From Candidatus Hydrogenedentota bacterium (GTDB lineage: Bacteria > Hydrogenedentota > Hydrogenedentia > Hydrogenedentales > SLHB01), in assembly GCA_034408725.1 (NCBI GenBank), contig JAWXCN010000182.1, forward strand, positions 32,235 to 96,234: a stretch of DNA of 64,000 nucleotides, given 5' to 3'. Numbering within the stretch: the first letter of the stretch is position 1; the number at the start of each line of letters is the position of its first letter. Below are positions 38,795-48,886 of the stretch, piece after piece. Under the pieces are notes generated by a model. The model did not search any database and was not told the origin of the DNA. It worked only from the letters and a program-made list of their open reading frames with translations. A program made the position numbers and the translations under genes.

Positions 38795-39772
38795 ATGCGC
38801 ATAGGCCCAATCGAAATTGACAAGCCGCTTGCTCTCGCGCCGATGGAAGACGTGACGGATATTCCGTTTCGTCTTATTTGCAAACGCCTGGGCGCGGATT
38901 TGCTGTACACGGAATTCACCAGCAGCGAGGCACTGATTCGCGATGCGCGCAAGGCTTTGGCCAAGATTCGCGTCGTCGAGGAAGAACGTCCCGTTGCCGT
39001 GCAGATTTTTGGCGGTGTTGAAACTTCGATGGAAGGCGCGGCGCAGGTAGCTGAACGCGCGAACCCCGATTTCATCGATATTAACTGCGGATGCTGGGTC
39101 AAGAAAGTCGCGCTTCGTGAATCCGGCGCTGGTCTATTGCGCGACCTGCATAAGTTCGAGGCCATCGTTAAGTCGGTGATCGCGGGAACCTCGCTTCCCG
39201 TCACCGTGAAAACGCGCCTGGGTTGGGACGAAAAAAGCATCGTCATACTCGAGGTCGCGCGCATGCTGGAACAACTCGGCGTGAAGGCGTTGGCTGTTCA
39301 CTGCCGGACACGCGATCAGGGCCATCGCGGCAATGCGGATTGGTCGTGGCTGGAAAAACTGAAGGGAACTGTTTCGATTCCGATTATCGGCAACGGCGAC
39401 ATCCATACGCCGGAGGACGTTAAGCGCATGTTCGAGACCGGTTGCGACGGTGTGATGATTGGGCGCGGCGCGATTCAGAATCCGTGGATTTTTCAACAAA
39501 CGAAACACTACCTGCGCACTGGGGACTTTGCGCCCGATCCCTCCGTCGAAGAACGCATAGACACGTGCCTTCATCACCTGCGCCTCGTTGTGCAGGAACG
39601 CGGCGAGCAGCGCGCGGTGGTCGAATTCCGCAAACACTACGCGGGTTACTTGCGGGGACTCCGGAATGCGGCGAAGGTGCGCGGCGAACTCATGCACTTT
39701 GTGGACTATGCGCCAGTTGAAGCGCGTCTGCTCGAATTTAGCGACGCCTGCCTGAGCGAAGCCGCCGCGTAA
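38795..39772 (+). CDS. tRNA-dihydrouridine synthase (Dus family). Start at MRIGPIEI.
   Basis: IDKPLALAPMEDVTDIPFRLICKRLGADLLYTEF, VAVQIFGG, and catalytic Cys in INCGCWVKKV. Confidence 0.8.
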   Translation: MRIGPIEIDKPLALAPMEDVTDIPFRLICKRLGADLLYTEFTSSEALIRDARKALAKIRVVEEERPVAVQIFGGVETSMEGAAQVAERANPDFIDINCGCWVKKVALRESGAGLLRDLHKFEAIVKSVIAGTSLPVTVKTRLGWDEKSIVILEVARMLEQLGVKALAVHCRTRDQGHRGNADWSWLEKLKGTVSIPIIGNGDIHTPEDVKRMFETGCDGVMIGRGAIQNPWIFQQTKHYLRTGDFAPDPSVEERIDTCLHHLRLVVQERGEQRAVVEFRKHYAGYLRGLRNAAKVRGELMHFVDYAPVEARLLEFSDACLSEAAA

Positions 39773-40471
39773 ATGTTTGGCGATTTGCGAAAGGCCGTTT
39801 GCGAAGCGAATCTGGACTTGGCGTTTCGCGGCTTGGTCATGCTCACCTGGGGCAATGCCAGCGCGGTGGATCGCGAATCCGGTCACGTTGTAATCAAACC
39901 CAGCGGGCTGGTGTATGAAAAAATGAAACCTCGCGACATGGTCGTGGTGAATCTTTCGGGCGAAGTGGTGGAAGGCGAGCTGAAACCTTCGGTTGATCTT
40001 CCCATACACCTTGCACTGTACGCGGCGTTCACACAAATCGGCGGCATCGCCCATTCACATTCACACTACGCAACCTGCTGGGCGCAGGCATGCAATCCGA
40101 TTCCATGCCTCGGCACGACTCACGCCGATTATTTTTGCGGTGATATTCCAGTTACGAATTCACTCAGGGACGGAGAGACCGGCGCATCGTATGAGCAGGC
40201 GGTTGGTCAGTCCATTGTTCGCTGCTTCGATGGTCGAGACCCTTTAACATGTCCCGCGGTCCTGGTGGCGAAGCATGCGCCGTTCACTTGGGGCGCTTCC
40301 GTATCCCAGGCTGTGGAGAACTCGATTGTCTTGGAAGAAGTCGCGCGCATGGCGTATCACAGTTACGGCCTGAATCCTTCTCTTTTGCCCATTCCGGAAC
40401 ATTTGCTCGATAAACATTTTCACCGGAAGCACGGAGACCGTGCATATTACGGGCAGCCCGGGCGGAAATAG
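39773..40471 (+). CDS. Class II aldolase/adducin-family protein, L-ribulose-5-phosphate 4-epimerase (AraD)-like.
   Basis: GNASAVDRESGHVVIKPSG and the metal-binding GGIAHSHSHYAT. Confidence 0.75.
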   Translation: MFGDLRKAVCEANLDLAFRGLVMLTWGNASAVDRESGHVVIKPSGLVYEKMKPRDMVVVNLSGEVVEGELKPSVDLPIHLALYAAFTQIGGIAHSHSHYATCWAQACNPIPCLGTTHADYFCGDIPVTNSLRDGETGASYEQAVGQSIVRCFDGRDPLTCPAVLVAKHAPFTWGASVSQAVENSIVLEEVARMAYHSYGLNPSLLPIPEHLLDKHFHRKHGDRAYYGQPGRK

Positions 40472-40523
40472 AAAATCCAATGGGGGAGGGTCCTGCTTTT
40501 TTTGCTGAACCGGAGGATTTGTT

Positions 40524-41423
40524 ATGCGGTTAAACGCTGCGCTTGTAGCAATTGTTTCGAGTATCGTGACCGCTCCGATCACTGTTGCAGCGGAGAGTCC
40601 GCCGGAAGTTCTGCGTGTGGCATCAGTCCAGATGGAAGTTACGGCCGACCTCGAGCGAAATCGGGACCGCATTTTCAAAGGCATCGAAAGCGCGGCATTG
40701 GACGGCGCGCGGATGGTTGTTTTTCCTGAAACGGTTTTGTCGGGATTCGACAGTGACACAGTCTCGAAGATTGACTGGGACAAACTCGAAGCGGGCATGG
40801 CGGAAATCGCGAAGCACGCGGCAGCGAACAAAGTTTACGTGCTCTACGGCACGGCGACGCGGTCCGGTCTTGAGAAACCGTTTAACTCAGCGGTGTTGAT
40901 TGGGCCGAACGGTGAAGAAATCACGCGGTATCACAAGATGGCGCCGGAGGGCCACTTTCAACCCGGCGATCATCTGGCGCTATTCGAGATTGACGGGATT
41001 CCGGCGACGGTGATTATTTGCCATGACGAACGTTTTCCCGAACTGGTGCGTTTACCCGTCCTGGCTGGCGCGCAAATCTGCTTCTATATCAGTTACGAGA
41101 TTAATTCCCTGCCGGACGCATTGCGAAAAATGGACGGATATCGCGCGCAATTGATCGCGCGCGCCGTCGAGAACGGCATCTGGGTTGTTCAAAGCAACGG
41201 CGTGGGCCCGCTCGAAGGGTCATCGTCTGTAAGCCTTGGCCAAAGCCGCATCATTGATCCGGGCGGAACGGTGGTTTCCGAACTCCCCGCGCTGAAAGAC
41301 GACATGATGGCGCATGACATCCGGCCCGCCGCGGCGCATCGGCGGAACGGGCTGGAAAGCCTCGAATTGCATCCCCTTAAAGAGTGGTGGGAGGACGGCC
41401 TTAAAAAAGTCCAACGACCCTGA
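40524..41423 (+). CDS. Carbon-nitrogen hydrolase (nitrilase superfamily) with a possible signal peptide.
   Basis: LRVASVQMEV...VVFPETVLSGF (catalytic Glu) and VIICHDERFPE (catalytic Cys region). Confidence 0.75.
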   Translation: MRLNAALVAIVSSIVTAPITVAAESPPEVLRVASVQMEVTADLERNRDRIFKGIESAALDGARMVVFPETVLSGFDSDTVSKIDWDKLEAGMAEIAKHAAANKVYVLYGTATRSGLEKPFNSAVLIGPNGEEITRYHKMAPEGHFQPGDHLALFEIDGIPATVIICHDERFPELVRLPVLAGAQICFYISYEINSLPDALRKMDGYRAQLIARAVENGIWVVQSNGVGPLEGSSSVSLGQSRIIDPGGTVVSELPALKDDMMAHDIRPAAAHRRNGLESLELHPLKEWWEDGLKKVQRP

Positions 41424-41433
41424 ATTGTTCCTT

Positions 41434-42663
41434 TTACTTTGACCAAGTTGCGACCGTATTTTCGCGCAAGGCCCGGTTTGCCAGATGCGCCGCTCCCGCA
41501 GCATGCACTCCAGCTTCGACTGGCGCATTGGGAGTTTTGCGGGACCGGATGCATTCCAGCCAATTGTTCAGATGGAGAAGTTCGCCGTCGGGCGCATCGT
41601 AGAAGTCCTGGCCGCGGGCTCCCGTACCGAGCACTAGTTCCTTATAGGCGACCTTTTTCTCGTATTCCGGATGCACTTCGTATCGGCCGCGATCACAGTA
41701 GAGTGTGGCGTCCGATCCCATAAATTCGAGCATCGCGGCGTTGCGGGCGTTGTAGAACGTGCCCTCGAAATAGACCTGCATCTCCGGTTCCGCGTATTGC
41801 ATCAGCGTTTGTACCGTGTCAGGCGTTTGCCACTCGTCTTTGGTCTTGGTAAACCAATTGCCGATGCTGGTTGCAGTAGCCGGCTGCTCCATGTTCATAA
41901 ACCAATGCGCTACGTCTATGAAATGGACCATGAGGTCGGTGAAGACGCCACCACCGAAGTCCCAATAGAACCGCCAGTTCCTGAACCGGTATTCGTCAAA
42001 TGGCTGGTCTGGCGCATCGCCGAGAAAGGCATTCCAATCGACGCTTTCCGGCGGGATGTTGTACTTGGCCCGCGCCGACCGGTCCATATTGCGGTTCCAC
42101 GTTAGATGAATTTTTCGCACATCGCCCAACTGGCCGGATTGAATGATCTCCCTGGCTTCGATCAGTTGCGGCATGCTGCGCTGCTGCATCCCGACCTGGA
42201 CAACGCGATTGGAACTTTTTTGCGCGTCGATCACCGCCTGGCCTTCCGCGAGGTCATGCGTCAATGGTTTTTCGACGTAGACGTCTTTGCCCGCGGCGCA
42301 GGCCGCAATGGTGATCGGCACATGCTGATGGTCTGGTGTCGCGATCAACACAGCATCGATATCGTCACGTGCCAAAACTTCTTCGTAATGCTTCGTAGCG
42401 AACGCATCCGGTTCGGCGAAAGCTTTGCCTCGTTCGAGGTTTGCATCCCATACATCACAGACAGCGGAAATCCGGACACCCGGTATAGACTTCAGCGGCT
42501 TGACAAGTTGGCCGCAACGTCCTCCCGTGCCAATGCAGCCTATGCGAATCGTCTCGTTCGCCGGCAAACCAGCGGCCGTCGCCTGGTACCCGCCGAGCAG
42601 CAAGCCTGCCGTGCCGATGCCGAGACGTTCGAGAAACTCTCGCCGCTCAAACTCATTCGTCAT
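41434..42663 (-). CDS. Gfo/Idh/MocA-family oxidoreductase with a Tat signal. Start at MTNEFERREFLERLG.
   Basis: Tat motif RREFLERLGIGTAGLLLGG. Rossmann fold IRIGCIGTGGRCG. EKPLTH motif. Confidence 0.8.
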   Translation of the reverse strand: MTNEFERREFLERLGIGTAGLLLGGYQATAAGLPANETIRIGCIGTGGRCGQLVKPLKSIPGVRISAVCDVWDANLERGKAFAEPDAFATKHYEEVLARDDIDAVLIATPDHQHVPITIAACAAGKDVYVEKPLTHDLAEGQAVIDAQKSSNRVVQVGMQQRSMPQLIEAREIIQSGQLGDVRKIHLTWNRNMDRSARAKYNIPPESVDWNAFLGDAPDQPFDEYRFRNWRFYWDFGGGVFTDLMVHFIDVAHWFMNMEQPATATSIGNWFTKTKDEWQTPDTVQTLMQYAEPEMQVYFEGTFYNARNAAMLEFMGSDATLYCDRGRYEVHPEYEKKVAYKELVLGTGARGQDFYDAPDGELLHLNNWLECIRSRKTPNAPVEAGVHAAGAAHLANRALRENTVATWSK

Positions 42664-42928
42664 GAATTTCTCCCCGTAGTTGCTTTGCCGAGTTTCCCTG
42701 CATGCCTGACAAAGTAACGTTTGCAAAGTAGAGACAAAGGGCGAAGCGTGTCGGTTTTTATACTACACGGCGGACCGTACAGAATCCTACGGCTATGTGG
42801 GGATGCCGCCGACAGCAAAGAGCACGCACACCCGGTAGACTCCTAGTGTAAGCATTGTGTCGTGGGATAAGGGTTTTCCGGTCTCGCAATGCAGTTCGAA
42901 CGACATGACCAACAAAGGAGATTAACCG

Positions 42929-43747
42929 ATGATAAATCTTAAACGCCCAGCATACATGGGCATGGCAATGGCGCTTGCAGTGATGGGTGCGGTAACGGCA
43001 TTAGCCCAAGATAATGCCAAAACCGCGGAGGATTTCGTTACTACCGCGCGCATTGAAACAATTTTTCTGATGAATGGTGATTTGAATCCTTTCAAGATCA
43101 ACACCACTACTAAGGGCGGTGTCGTTATCATGACTGGTGTCGTCCGAGAGCAGGCCGATAAGGATTTGGCTGGTCGGCTGGCGAAATCGGTGAAGGGCGT
43201 GACTTCCGTCAACAATGAACTTACCGTGGATCGGTCGGCGCCGGTTGTGGAAGAAAACAGGGAATGGCGCACCCAGGTTGACGACGCCAATTTGAATGCG
43301 CGCATCCATCGCCGGCTCGCCTATAACGCGAGTCTCAAAGACACCATGGTGAATGTCGATGTCACTGGTAGCAAGGTTGTCGTAAGTGGCACAGTCGAAT
43401 CGGAAGCAAAGAAAAACGAGATAGTGCGCATCATTGATGACACCTCTGGCGTCGCGGCGGTCGAATCCAATCTGGAAGTAAAAGCTCCCGGCGAGACAAA
43501 GCCTGTCAAAGAAACCACGGACGACGCGATCCAAACCGTTTCAGATGAATGGGTCGAGAAAATGGTCGAATCATCGATCATGTGGGATGACAACATCAGC
43601 ATCCGGAATATCGACGTCGAAGTCGATGGCGGTGTGTGCAAGTTGAGCGGTTCCGTCATTTCCGAAGCCCAGAAAAGCGTGGCGGAAAACATCGCCAAGA
43701 ACACCGACGGAGTGAAGTCGGTCACGAACAATATCGAAGTTGTATAA
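42929..43747 (+). CDS. Periplasmic BON-domain protein (OsmY-like, three BON repeats).
   Basis: AAAGGAG ribosome-binding site. Signal peptide MGMAMALAVMGAVTALA. Repeated ...VVIMTGVVREQADKDLAGRLAKSVKGVTSVNNEL..., ...KVVVSGTVESEAKKNEIVRIIDDTSGVAAVESNL... and ...VCKLSGSVISEAQKSVAENIAKNTDGVKSVTNNI.... Confidence 0.75.
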   Translation: MINLKRPAYMGMAMALAVMGAVTALAQDNAKTAEDFVTTARIETIFLMNGDLNPFKINTTTKGGVVIMTGVVREQADKDLAGRLAKSVKGVTSVNNELTVDRSAPVVEENREWRTQVDDANLNARIHRRLAYNASLKDTMVNVDVTGSKVVVSGTVESEAKKNEIVRIIDDTSGVAAVESNLEVKAPGETKPVKETTDDAIQTVSDEWVEKMVESSIMWDDNISIRNIDVEVDGGVCKLSGSVISEAQKSVAENIAKNTDGVKSVTNNIEVV

Positions 43748-43804
43748 GAGCTATACGTTGCTTGGGCTTCCGGACTTTCTATGACACCCAAGTAACTGCG
43801 GATA

Positions 43805-43842
43805 GGGCCGTTCCTCGTAGAAAAGGAACGGCCCGAATTTTT
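43805..43842 (+). terminator. Rho-independent terminator after the BON gene. The hairpin may also serve the convergent hsp20 gene.
   Basis: gggccgttcct cgtagaaa aggaacggccc gaattttt: an 11-bp perfect stem followed by a T-tract. Confidence 0.55.
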
Positions 43843-43892
43843 GAATAAAGGGCCCGCACGCCAAGCGCGCATCTGGGCCTATTGTATTGGGT

Positions 43893-44240
43893 TTAGTTAA
43901 CCACTATCTTCCGCGGCTTGACCAGCTCGGATTTGTGCAACGTCACCGTCAATACGCCGTCCTTCATCTCTGCTTCGACGCGGCTCGGGTCGATCGCATT
44001 GCTCAATGCGAACACCCGCCGGTAATCCGCGGGCGCGCGTTCGCGCATGATAAAGTGACCTTCACGGTGGCCGTTGCCCCGTTTACCGACCAGTGTGAGT
44101 TCGCCTTCCTTCACTTCGAGTGCAAGATTACCCTTGTCAACACCGGGAAGTTCCGCTTCGATAAGCACCCGATCAACGTCTTCTACAACGTTGACGCGAG
44201 GAACAATGTACCGGGAAGCAGTTTCTGGTGTGCTTGTCAT
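43893..44240 (-). CDS. Hsp20/alpha-crystallin-family small heat-shock protein.
   Basis: VNVVEDVDRVLIEAELPGVDKGNLALEV...GVLTVTLHK is the alpha-crystallin domain. Confidence 0.85.
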   Translation of the reverse strand: MTSTPETASRYIVPRVNVVEDVDRVLIEAELPGVDKGNLALEVKEGELTLVGKRGNGHREGHFIMRERAPADYRRVFALSNAIDPSRVEAEMKDGVLTVTLHKSELVKPRKIVVN

Positions 44241-44496
44241 TGTGGGGGGGGCTCCTATTTTTTGTGAGTGTGTCAGCCGTGCTGCTGCGCCTTCTGTTCC
44301 TGGTAGGCAACAACGAGGCGTAATTCTCCAAGAGCAACCCCGATGCCAATGGCGTGGATTTTCAAATAACCTATTGCAAATACTGCACTTGATTCGAACC
44401 GGCTCGAGGGGATTCGACTTTTATGATTTGCGATGCGTTCACTTTTCAGACCCCGTTGTTGCGAAACGAAACAGCGATTCTCAGCGGCGAATGCCG

Positions 44497-44525
44497 TTGA
44501 CAGAATTCATATTGCGGTTTACGAT
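44497..44525 (+). promoter_or_regulatory. Sigma70-like promoter, TTGACA - 17 nt - TACGAT, upstream of the secreted protein gene.
   Basis: Seen directly: ttgaca gaattcatattgcggtt tacgat. A GGAGG ribosome-binding site and the ATG at 44582 follow. Confidence 0.4.
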
Positions 44526-44581
44526 TAACCTTTCTTCTGTGTGGCGTCCCGGTGCACCTGTCTATTTCGGAGGTCCTTGCC

Positions 44582-45703
44582 ATGCGGTTCGAGCGTATCT
44601 CTCGGGTTGTACTATCGTTCTTCTGCGTTTCCGCTATTGCCGAGGCCGGCACGGTCTTCGACGGAGGGGCGCCAAAGATCATCGTCTTCACTTCCGGGGG
44701 CGTTCAATTGGGAACGGCTTCCATTGGTTTGCCCATCGAAGAGAATCTGGCCGGGCCCGCGGAATTTGACGTCTTTATTGACATCAATCGCGATGGCACA
44801 TTCGCGGCCGATGAGCAGGCTGTTGTCAGTGAATTGTCATATTCCGAAGGGAGCGTCCTTACGGTGTTTCCCATTCAGTTTGAAAAGAAGCGCTTCTTGA
44901 AAAAGCTGTTGCGTGATGCGCGCAGCCGTATTCCAGTCCGAGTCATCGTTTCTGATTTTGCGGGCATGGAAGACGAGAACGACTTTCGCGGCAAGCGGGT
45001 GGAATGGGACATCGGCGAGGCTTTCAGCTACGAACCCGGATTCATCGGGGGAATTCCGTCTTCCATCGTCGCCGGTAACGCTTTACTTGCAGGCGGCAAT
45101 CTAAAGGCCGACGAGAAGATTTTCAATGATAAAGTTCCGGACCTGCCTCCGCGCGCGGGAAAGAAAAATGAGTGCGTGCCTATCGCATCGGCAAATTCAT
45201 TGTTGTGGTTGGCGGCTAAACATAACTTCATGGCGGACATGCCGGCAACGACGACGGATTTGCTAAACGAGCTGGATTCGGACATGCAACATTCGAATCA
45301 GGGTGTCGCTCCCGCAAATTTCCTGCCCGGAAAAATCGAGTTCACGAATCGCCACATGCTCTTTCTCGACAACAAGAAAATTGATGCGGTCGTCACCGAT
45401 GGATTGAGCGACATGTGGGACAAGATTCTCGCGGAACTCAAGGCGGGTGAGGACGTCGAACTGGTCATTGATTTTAAGACAAGTCCGAGCGGCGCGGTAA
45501 CGGCGAGCCATGCGGTCACCGTAGTCGGGGCGCACAGCGTGGGAAACAGGAAATGGATCACCATTCATGATCCGATTACGCCAAAGGGTAACGACACGTA
45601 CAAGGTGGAGCGGAATGGGCAAATCACCGGTCATCCGCTCGGCAAGGGTTTCGGCACGTTCATCATTTCGGAATCCTACGTTCGCACAAAATTTCGGCGT
45701 TGA
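44582..45703 (+). CDS. Secreted hypothetical protein with a possible papain-like Cys/His peptidase-like C-terminal region.
   Basis: Signal peptide MRFERISRVVLSFFCVSAIAEA. Candidate nucleophile context KKNECVPIASANSLLWLAAKH and a His in TASHAVTVVGAHSV. The assignment is speculative. Confidence 0.5.
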   Translation: MRFERISRVVLSFFCVSAIAEAGTVFDGGAPKIIVFTSGGVQLGTASIGLPIEENLAGPAEFDVFIDINRDGTFAADEQAVVSELSYSEGSVLTVFPIQFEKKRFLKKLLRDARSRIPVRVIVSDFAGMEDENDFRGKRVEWDIGEAFSYEPGFIGGIPSSIVAGNALLAGGNLKADEKIFNDKVPDLPPRAGKKNECVPIASANSLLWLAAKHNFMADMPATTTDLLNELDSDMQHSNQGVAPANFLPGKIEFTNRHMLFLDNKKIDAVVTDGLSDMWDKILAELKAGEDVELVIDFKTSPSGAVTASHAVTVVGAHSVGNRKWITIHDPITPKGNDTYKVERNGQITGHPLGKGFGTFIISESYVRTKFRR

Positions 45704-45714
45704 TGATCCACCTT

Positions 45715-46614
45715 CTAAGTTTCGCCAGATAGGACCTTGCGCGCTTCGTCAAGTTCGGCGCGCTGTTCGTTCGTGATCGTTGGAAACGCAAGATCGAGTG
45801 ACTCGAGCGCGTCTATGATGGCGTGAGAAACTACAAGCCGCGTGTACCATTTGTGATCAGCGGGAACGACAAGCCAGGGGGCATGATCGGTGGCGGTATG
45901 TTGAATCATGTCCTCGTATGCCTGCATGTATTCATCCCATCGCGCGCGCTCGTTCACATCACCCAATGAAAACTTCCAGTTCTTCGCGGGGTCGTCGAGC
46001 CGGGCCAGAAAACGCTCTTTTTGTTCTTTCTTCGAGACATGAAGGAAGAACTTGCGAATAATAACGCCGTTTCGGGCGAGATAGCGCTCCATTGCGTTGA
46101 TGTCCTCGAAACGCTCCTTCCAAATGCGTTTCGTCACGAGTGTTTCCGGAATGCGTTGCGAAGCAAGTATTCCAGCGTTTACGCGGACCACCAACACTTC
46201 TTCGTAGTACGAGCGGTTAAAGATGCCGATCCGGCCACGTTCCGGCAGAGCTTTCGTGGTGCGCCAAAGGAAATCATGGTCCAGTTCTTCATGTGAAGGC
46301 GCCTTGAAGGCGCTGACCTGGCAACCTTGAGGGTTCACTCCGGACATTACGTGCTTAATGGTGCCATCTTTTCCCGCGGCGTCCATTGCCTGGAAAATGA
46401 GCAGCACGGACCACCGGTCCTGCGCATACAACTTTTCCTGGAGTTCTGACAAGGTCTTGGTCGAGTCCGCGAGCAGTTCCGCGGCCTCGCTTTTGTGTGA
46501 GGATTTGAAGGGTCCCGTATCGTCCGGATCGATATCCGAGAGTTGGAACTTTTCACCGTCGGAAATACAATACTTTTCGGTTACCTGCTTCTTCAGCAGT
46601 TTTCCATTGCCCAT
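45715..46614 (-). CDS. ppk2: Polyphosphate kinase 2 (PPK2, polyphosphate:nucleotide phosphotransferase).
   Basis: Walker A LLIFQAMDAAGKDGTI, GIFNRSYYEEVLVVRV, and a lid region. Confidence 0.85.
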   Translation of the reverse strand: MGNGKLLKKQVTEKYCISDGEKFQLSDIDPDDTGPFKSSHKSEAAELLADSTKTLSELQEKLYAQDRWSVLLIFQAMDAAGKDGTIKHVMSGVNPQGCQVSAFKAPSHEELDHDFLWRTTKALPERGRIGIFNRSYYEEVLVVRVNAGILASQRIPETLVTKRIWKERFEDINAMERYLARNGVIIRKFFLHVSKKEQKERFLARLDDPAKNWKFSLGDVNERARWDEYMQAYEDMIQHTATDHAPWLVVPADHKWYTRLVVSHAIIDALESLDLAFPTITNEQRAELDEARKVLSGET

Positions 46615-46739
46615 TGCTCGTCACCTCCCCGTCGTATGGCCGCGGAACACTGTACCAATCCGGTTGCTGGGGTTGACAACGGGCCGATAATCGACTATAC
46701 TAATAGTCACAAGGTCAAGCTTATAGTCACTACGAGGAG

Positions 46740-47144
46740 TTGCGCGTGCGCCACGATATTCTCGACGACTTGTCGAAACTCGAACTCGATGTTATGGACA
46801 CCGTATGGAGCCTTGGCGAGTGTTCCACCGCAGACGTCATTGGTGCATATCAAAGCAAACGCACGCTCGCGGACACCACCATAAAGACCGTACTGTCGAA
46901 TATACGCAAGAAGGGTTACATAGAACTCGTTCCGACGACGGAACGGGGATATCGTTTCCGGGCAACGGTGAGTAGAGATTCGGTTGCGGGACGCTCGTTG
47001 CGCCAGGTGGTGTCGAAGCTGTTCGGTGGCTCACCGCGGCAGGCAATCCTCCACCTTTTGAACGAGGAACGGATCAGCAAGGACGACATGCGCGAAATTC
47101 AACGGATGCTTGATGAGCATAAGCAGGGAGGGCGAAAGCGATGA
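46740..47144 (+). CDS. BlaI/MecI/CopY-family winged-helix transcriptional repressor.
   Basis: LSKLELDVMDTVWSLGECSTADVIGAY...TIKTVLSNIRKKGYIE is the typical BlaI N-terminal wHTH. Confidence 0.8.
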   Translation: MRVRHDILDDLSKLELDVMDTVWSLGECSTADVIGAYQSKRTLADTTIKTVLSNIRKKGYIELVPTTERGYRFRATVSRDSVAGRSLRQVVSKLFGGSPRQAILHLLNEERISKDDMREIQRMLDEHKQGGRKR

Positions 47145-48886
47145 TGGACGCCTGGTTGGACATGGACACGCTTTGGGAGAGACTAGTTTTCGCAAGCATC
47201 GAAGTCGCGGTATTCGCGGCGGTGGTCGCGGGAATTGCAAGGCTCGCCGGTCATCGAGTCCCCCGCGTGATAGCGATAATGTGGTTGCTCGTTCTGGTGA
47301 AACCATTGCTTACTTTGTGCGCCGGTTCACCGATGCCTGTCATACGTTTGGACCTCTCCCCGCCGGAGATAAGTGAAGCCACGCTTATTGATGACATTGG
47401 CAGGAGCTCAGCATTTTCGTCCGCTGGTTCCATCAACGGATTAGTTCACCCGCGCGCATCCGCTTTGAGGTTCGACAAACCGGCATGGCGTCCGGATGTT
47501 CAGGAATTCATCGTGTCCCTATGGCTGCTTGGTGTCTGCGCGGCGGTTTGGCGCATACAGGCGGACAGAAAAAGAGTCTATCGCATAACACATTCCGGAT
47601 TCAGGCCAACGCATGTGATGCGCAGCGTGGTGTCCCGTCTCAGCCAAGACCTCGGAGTACGCCATGTACCGGAGGTCATCATGACGGACCAGCTCCAGAC
47701 GCCGGCCATCGTGGGCTTCCTTTCCCCCGTAATTTTGGTGCCGCGCTGGATTGGAGGCGCCGAGCATGCGCGACTCATCGAGTGGTCGTTGCGCCACGAA
47801 CTAATGCACTGGAAACTCGGCGACACCTTCGCGAACGGCATTCGGCGCATCGTGAGCGCAGCGTTCTTTTTCCATCCCGCGGTTTGGTATGCCGGGCGAA
47901 AGTGGGAGGAGTACGCGGAGCTGGCTTGCGACCGCGCGTTAATCGTGAATGTTGAAGAAGGGCGAGATTACGCGGAGGCACTGTTTAGTTTGTTGCGCGC
48001 GGCCCACGCCCCGGAGTCACGCGCGGCACGGTCTGGATTGTTCGCGGTCAGGACGCAAATTGGCAAACGAATCGCCGCGTTGCTCTCACCCCGGCTTTCG
48101 AGTTCGCTGCGAAGCCGGAAAGTGCTGGCCGCAACGCTGCTTGGTTTTGGCCTGGCGTTCAGCATGGCCGGTCTTGGCACTGATGAGACTTTCGCGGATG
48201 CATGGAAACACGCGGCCGGTGTAACCGTCTATCGTACGGATCTCGAACTGGACGAATCGCTCGATAACTCGGTCTATTACATTCGCGCGAAGGGCGATTT
48301 TCTGGTCAGAAACGGCATCCTCATAGGACTCACGCCGGGCACAACGGGACGCGTGGAGGAACGTCGCAATGGCGAGACAAGGCGATTCGATATTCACGGA
48401 ACTGGCTCAGACGGATTCGAATTCACCGTTCGCCTGAATGGAGCGGAACACGAATTTGATGTAGACGCGCAACAATGGTTGAACCGAACCCTCACGCGGT
48501 TTCGGACAAAAAGCAAGGTCTTAGATGGTTTAAACCAGTTGCAATTGGAAGCGCCTCGATACTCGTCTTTTGAAAAAGGAAAAATACATGATGCGGTCGC
48601 GCGAATCATTGCGGATGAAGTGAATAGTGCGCGAATCATCACGAGCGAAGCCGACCGTCAGGTCGCCGAAAAGATTTCGGAACGGGTCGCCGATCATTTA
48701 ACTGAATGGATTAACGCGCAAGAAGCGCAAGAAATTACCGGGTCATCGGTAGGTCAGATTGGGGAGGAGATACGCAAGTCTATACGAGAAGCTGAAATTG
48801 AGATCGTTATCGATCCAGCGTTGCGGGAGCGCGTCGAAGAGATTGTGCAGCGGGTTTCTAGGTCCGTGAGCAAAACAGAGTGGTAG
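47141..48886 (+). CDS. BlaR1/MecR1-like M56-family membrane metalloprotease (signal transducer) without a recognisable penicillin-binding sensor domain. Translationally coupled to the blaI-like gene (ATGA).
   Basis: Zinc motif LRHELMHWKLGD (HExxH) in a TM context. The C-terminal 300 aa lack an SxxK/KTG-type motif. Confidence 0.75.
   Translation: MMDAWLDMDTLWERLVFASIEVAVFAAVVAGIARLAGHRVPRVIAIMWLLVLVKPLLTLCAGSPMPVIRLDLSPPEISEATLIDDIGRSSAFSSAGSINGLVHPRASALRFDKPAWRPDVQEFIVSLWLLGVCAAVWRIQADRKRVYRITHSGFRPTHVMRSVVSRLSQDLGVRHVPEVIMTDQLQTPAIVGFLSPVILVPRWIGGAEHARLIEWSLRHELMHWKLGDTFANGIRRIVSAAFFFHPAVWYAGRKWEEYAELACDRALIVNVEEGRDYAEALFSLLRAAHAPESRAARSGLFAVRTQIGKRIAALLSPRLSSSLRSRKVLAATLLGFGLAFSMAGLGTDETFADAWKHAAGVTVYRTDLELDESLDNSVYYIRAKGDFLVRNGILIGLTPGTTGRVEERRNGETRRFDIHGTGSDGFEFTVRLNGAEHEFDVDAQQWLNRTLTRFRTKSKVLDGLNQLQLEAPRYSSFEKGKIHDAVARIIADEVNSARIITSEADRQVAEKISERVADHLTEWINAQEAQEITGSSVGQIGEEIRKSIREAEIEIVIDPALRERVEEIVQRVSRSVSKTEW

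Noticed and set aside
44241-44330. Possible sigma32-type heat-shock promoter (CTTGGAG...) upstream of hsp20 on the minus strand.
   Set aside because: -35-like CTTGGAG is present, but I could not find a CCCCATNT -10 at the right spacing.
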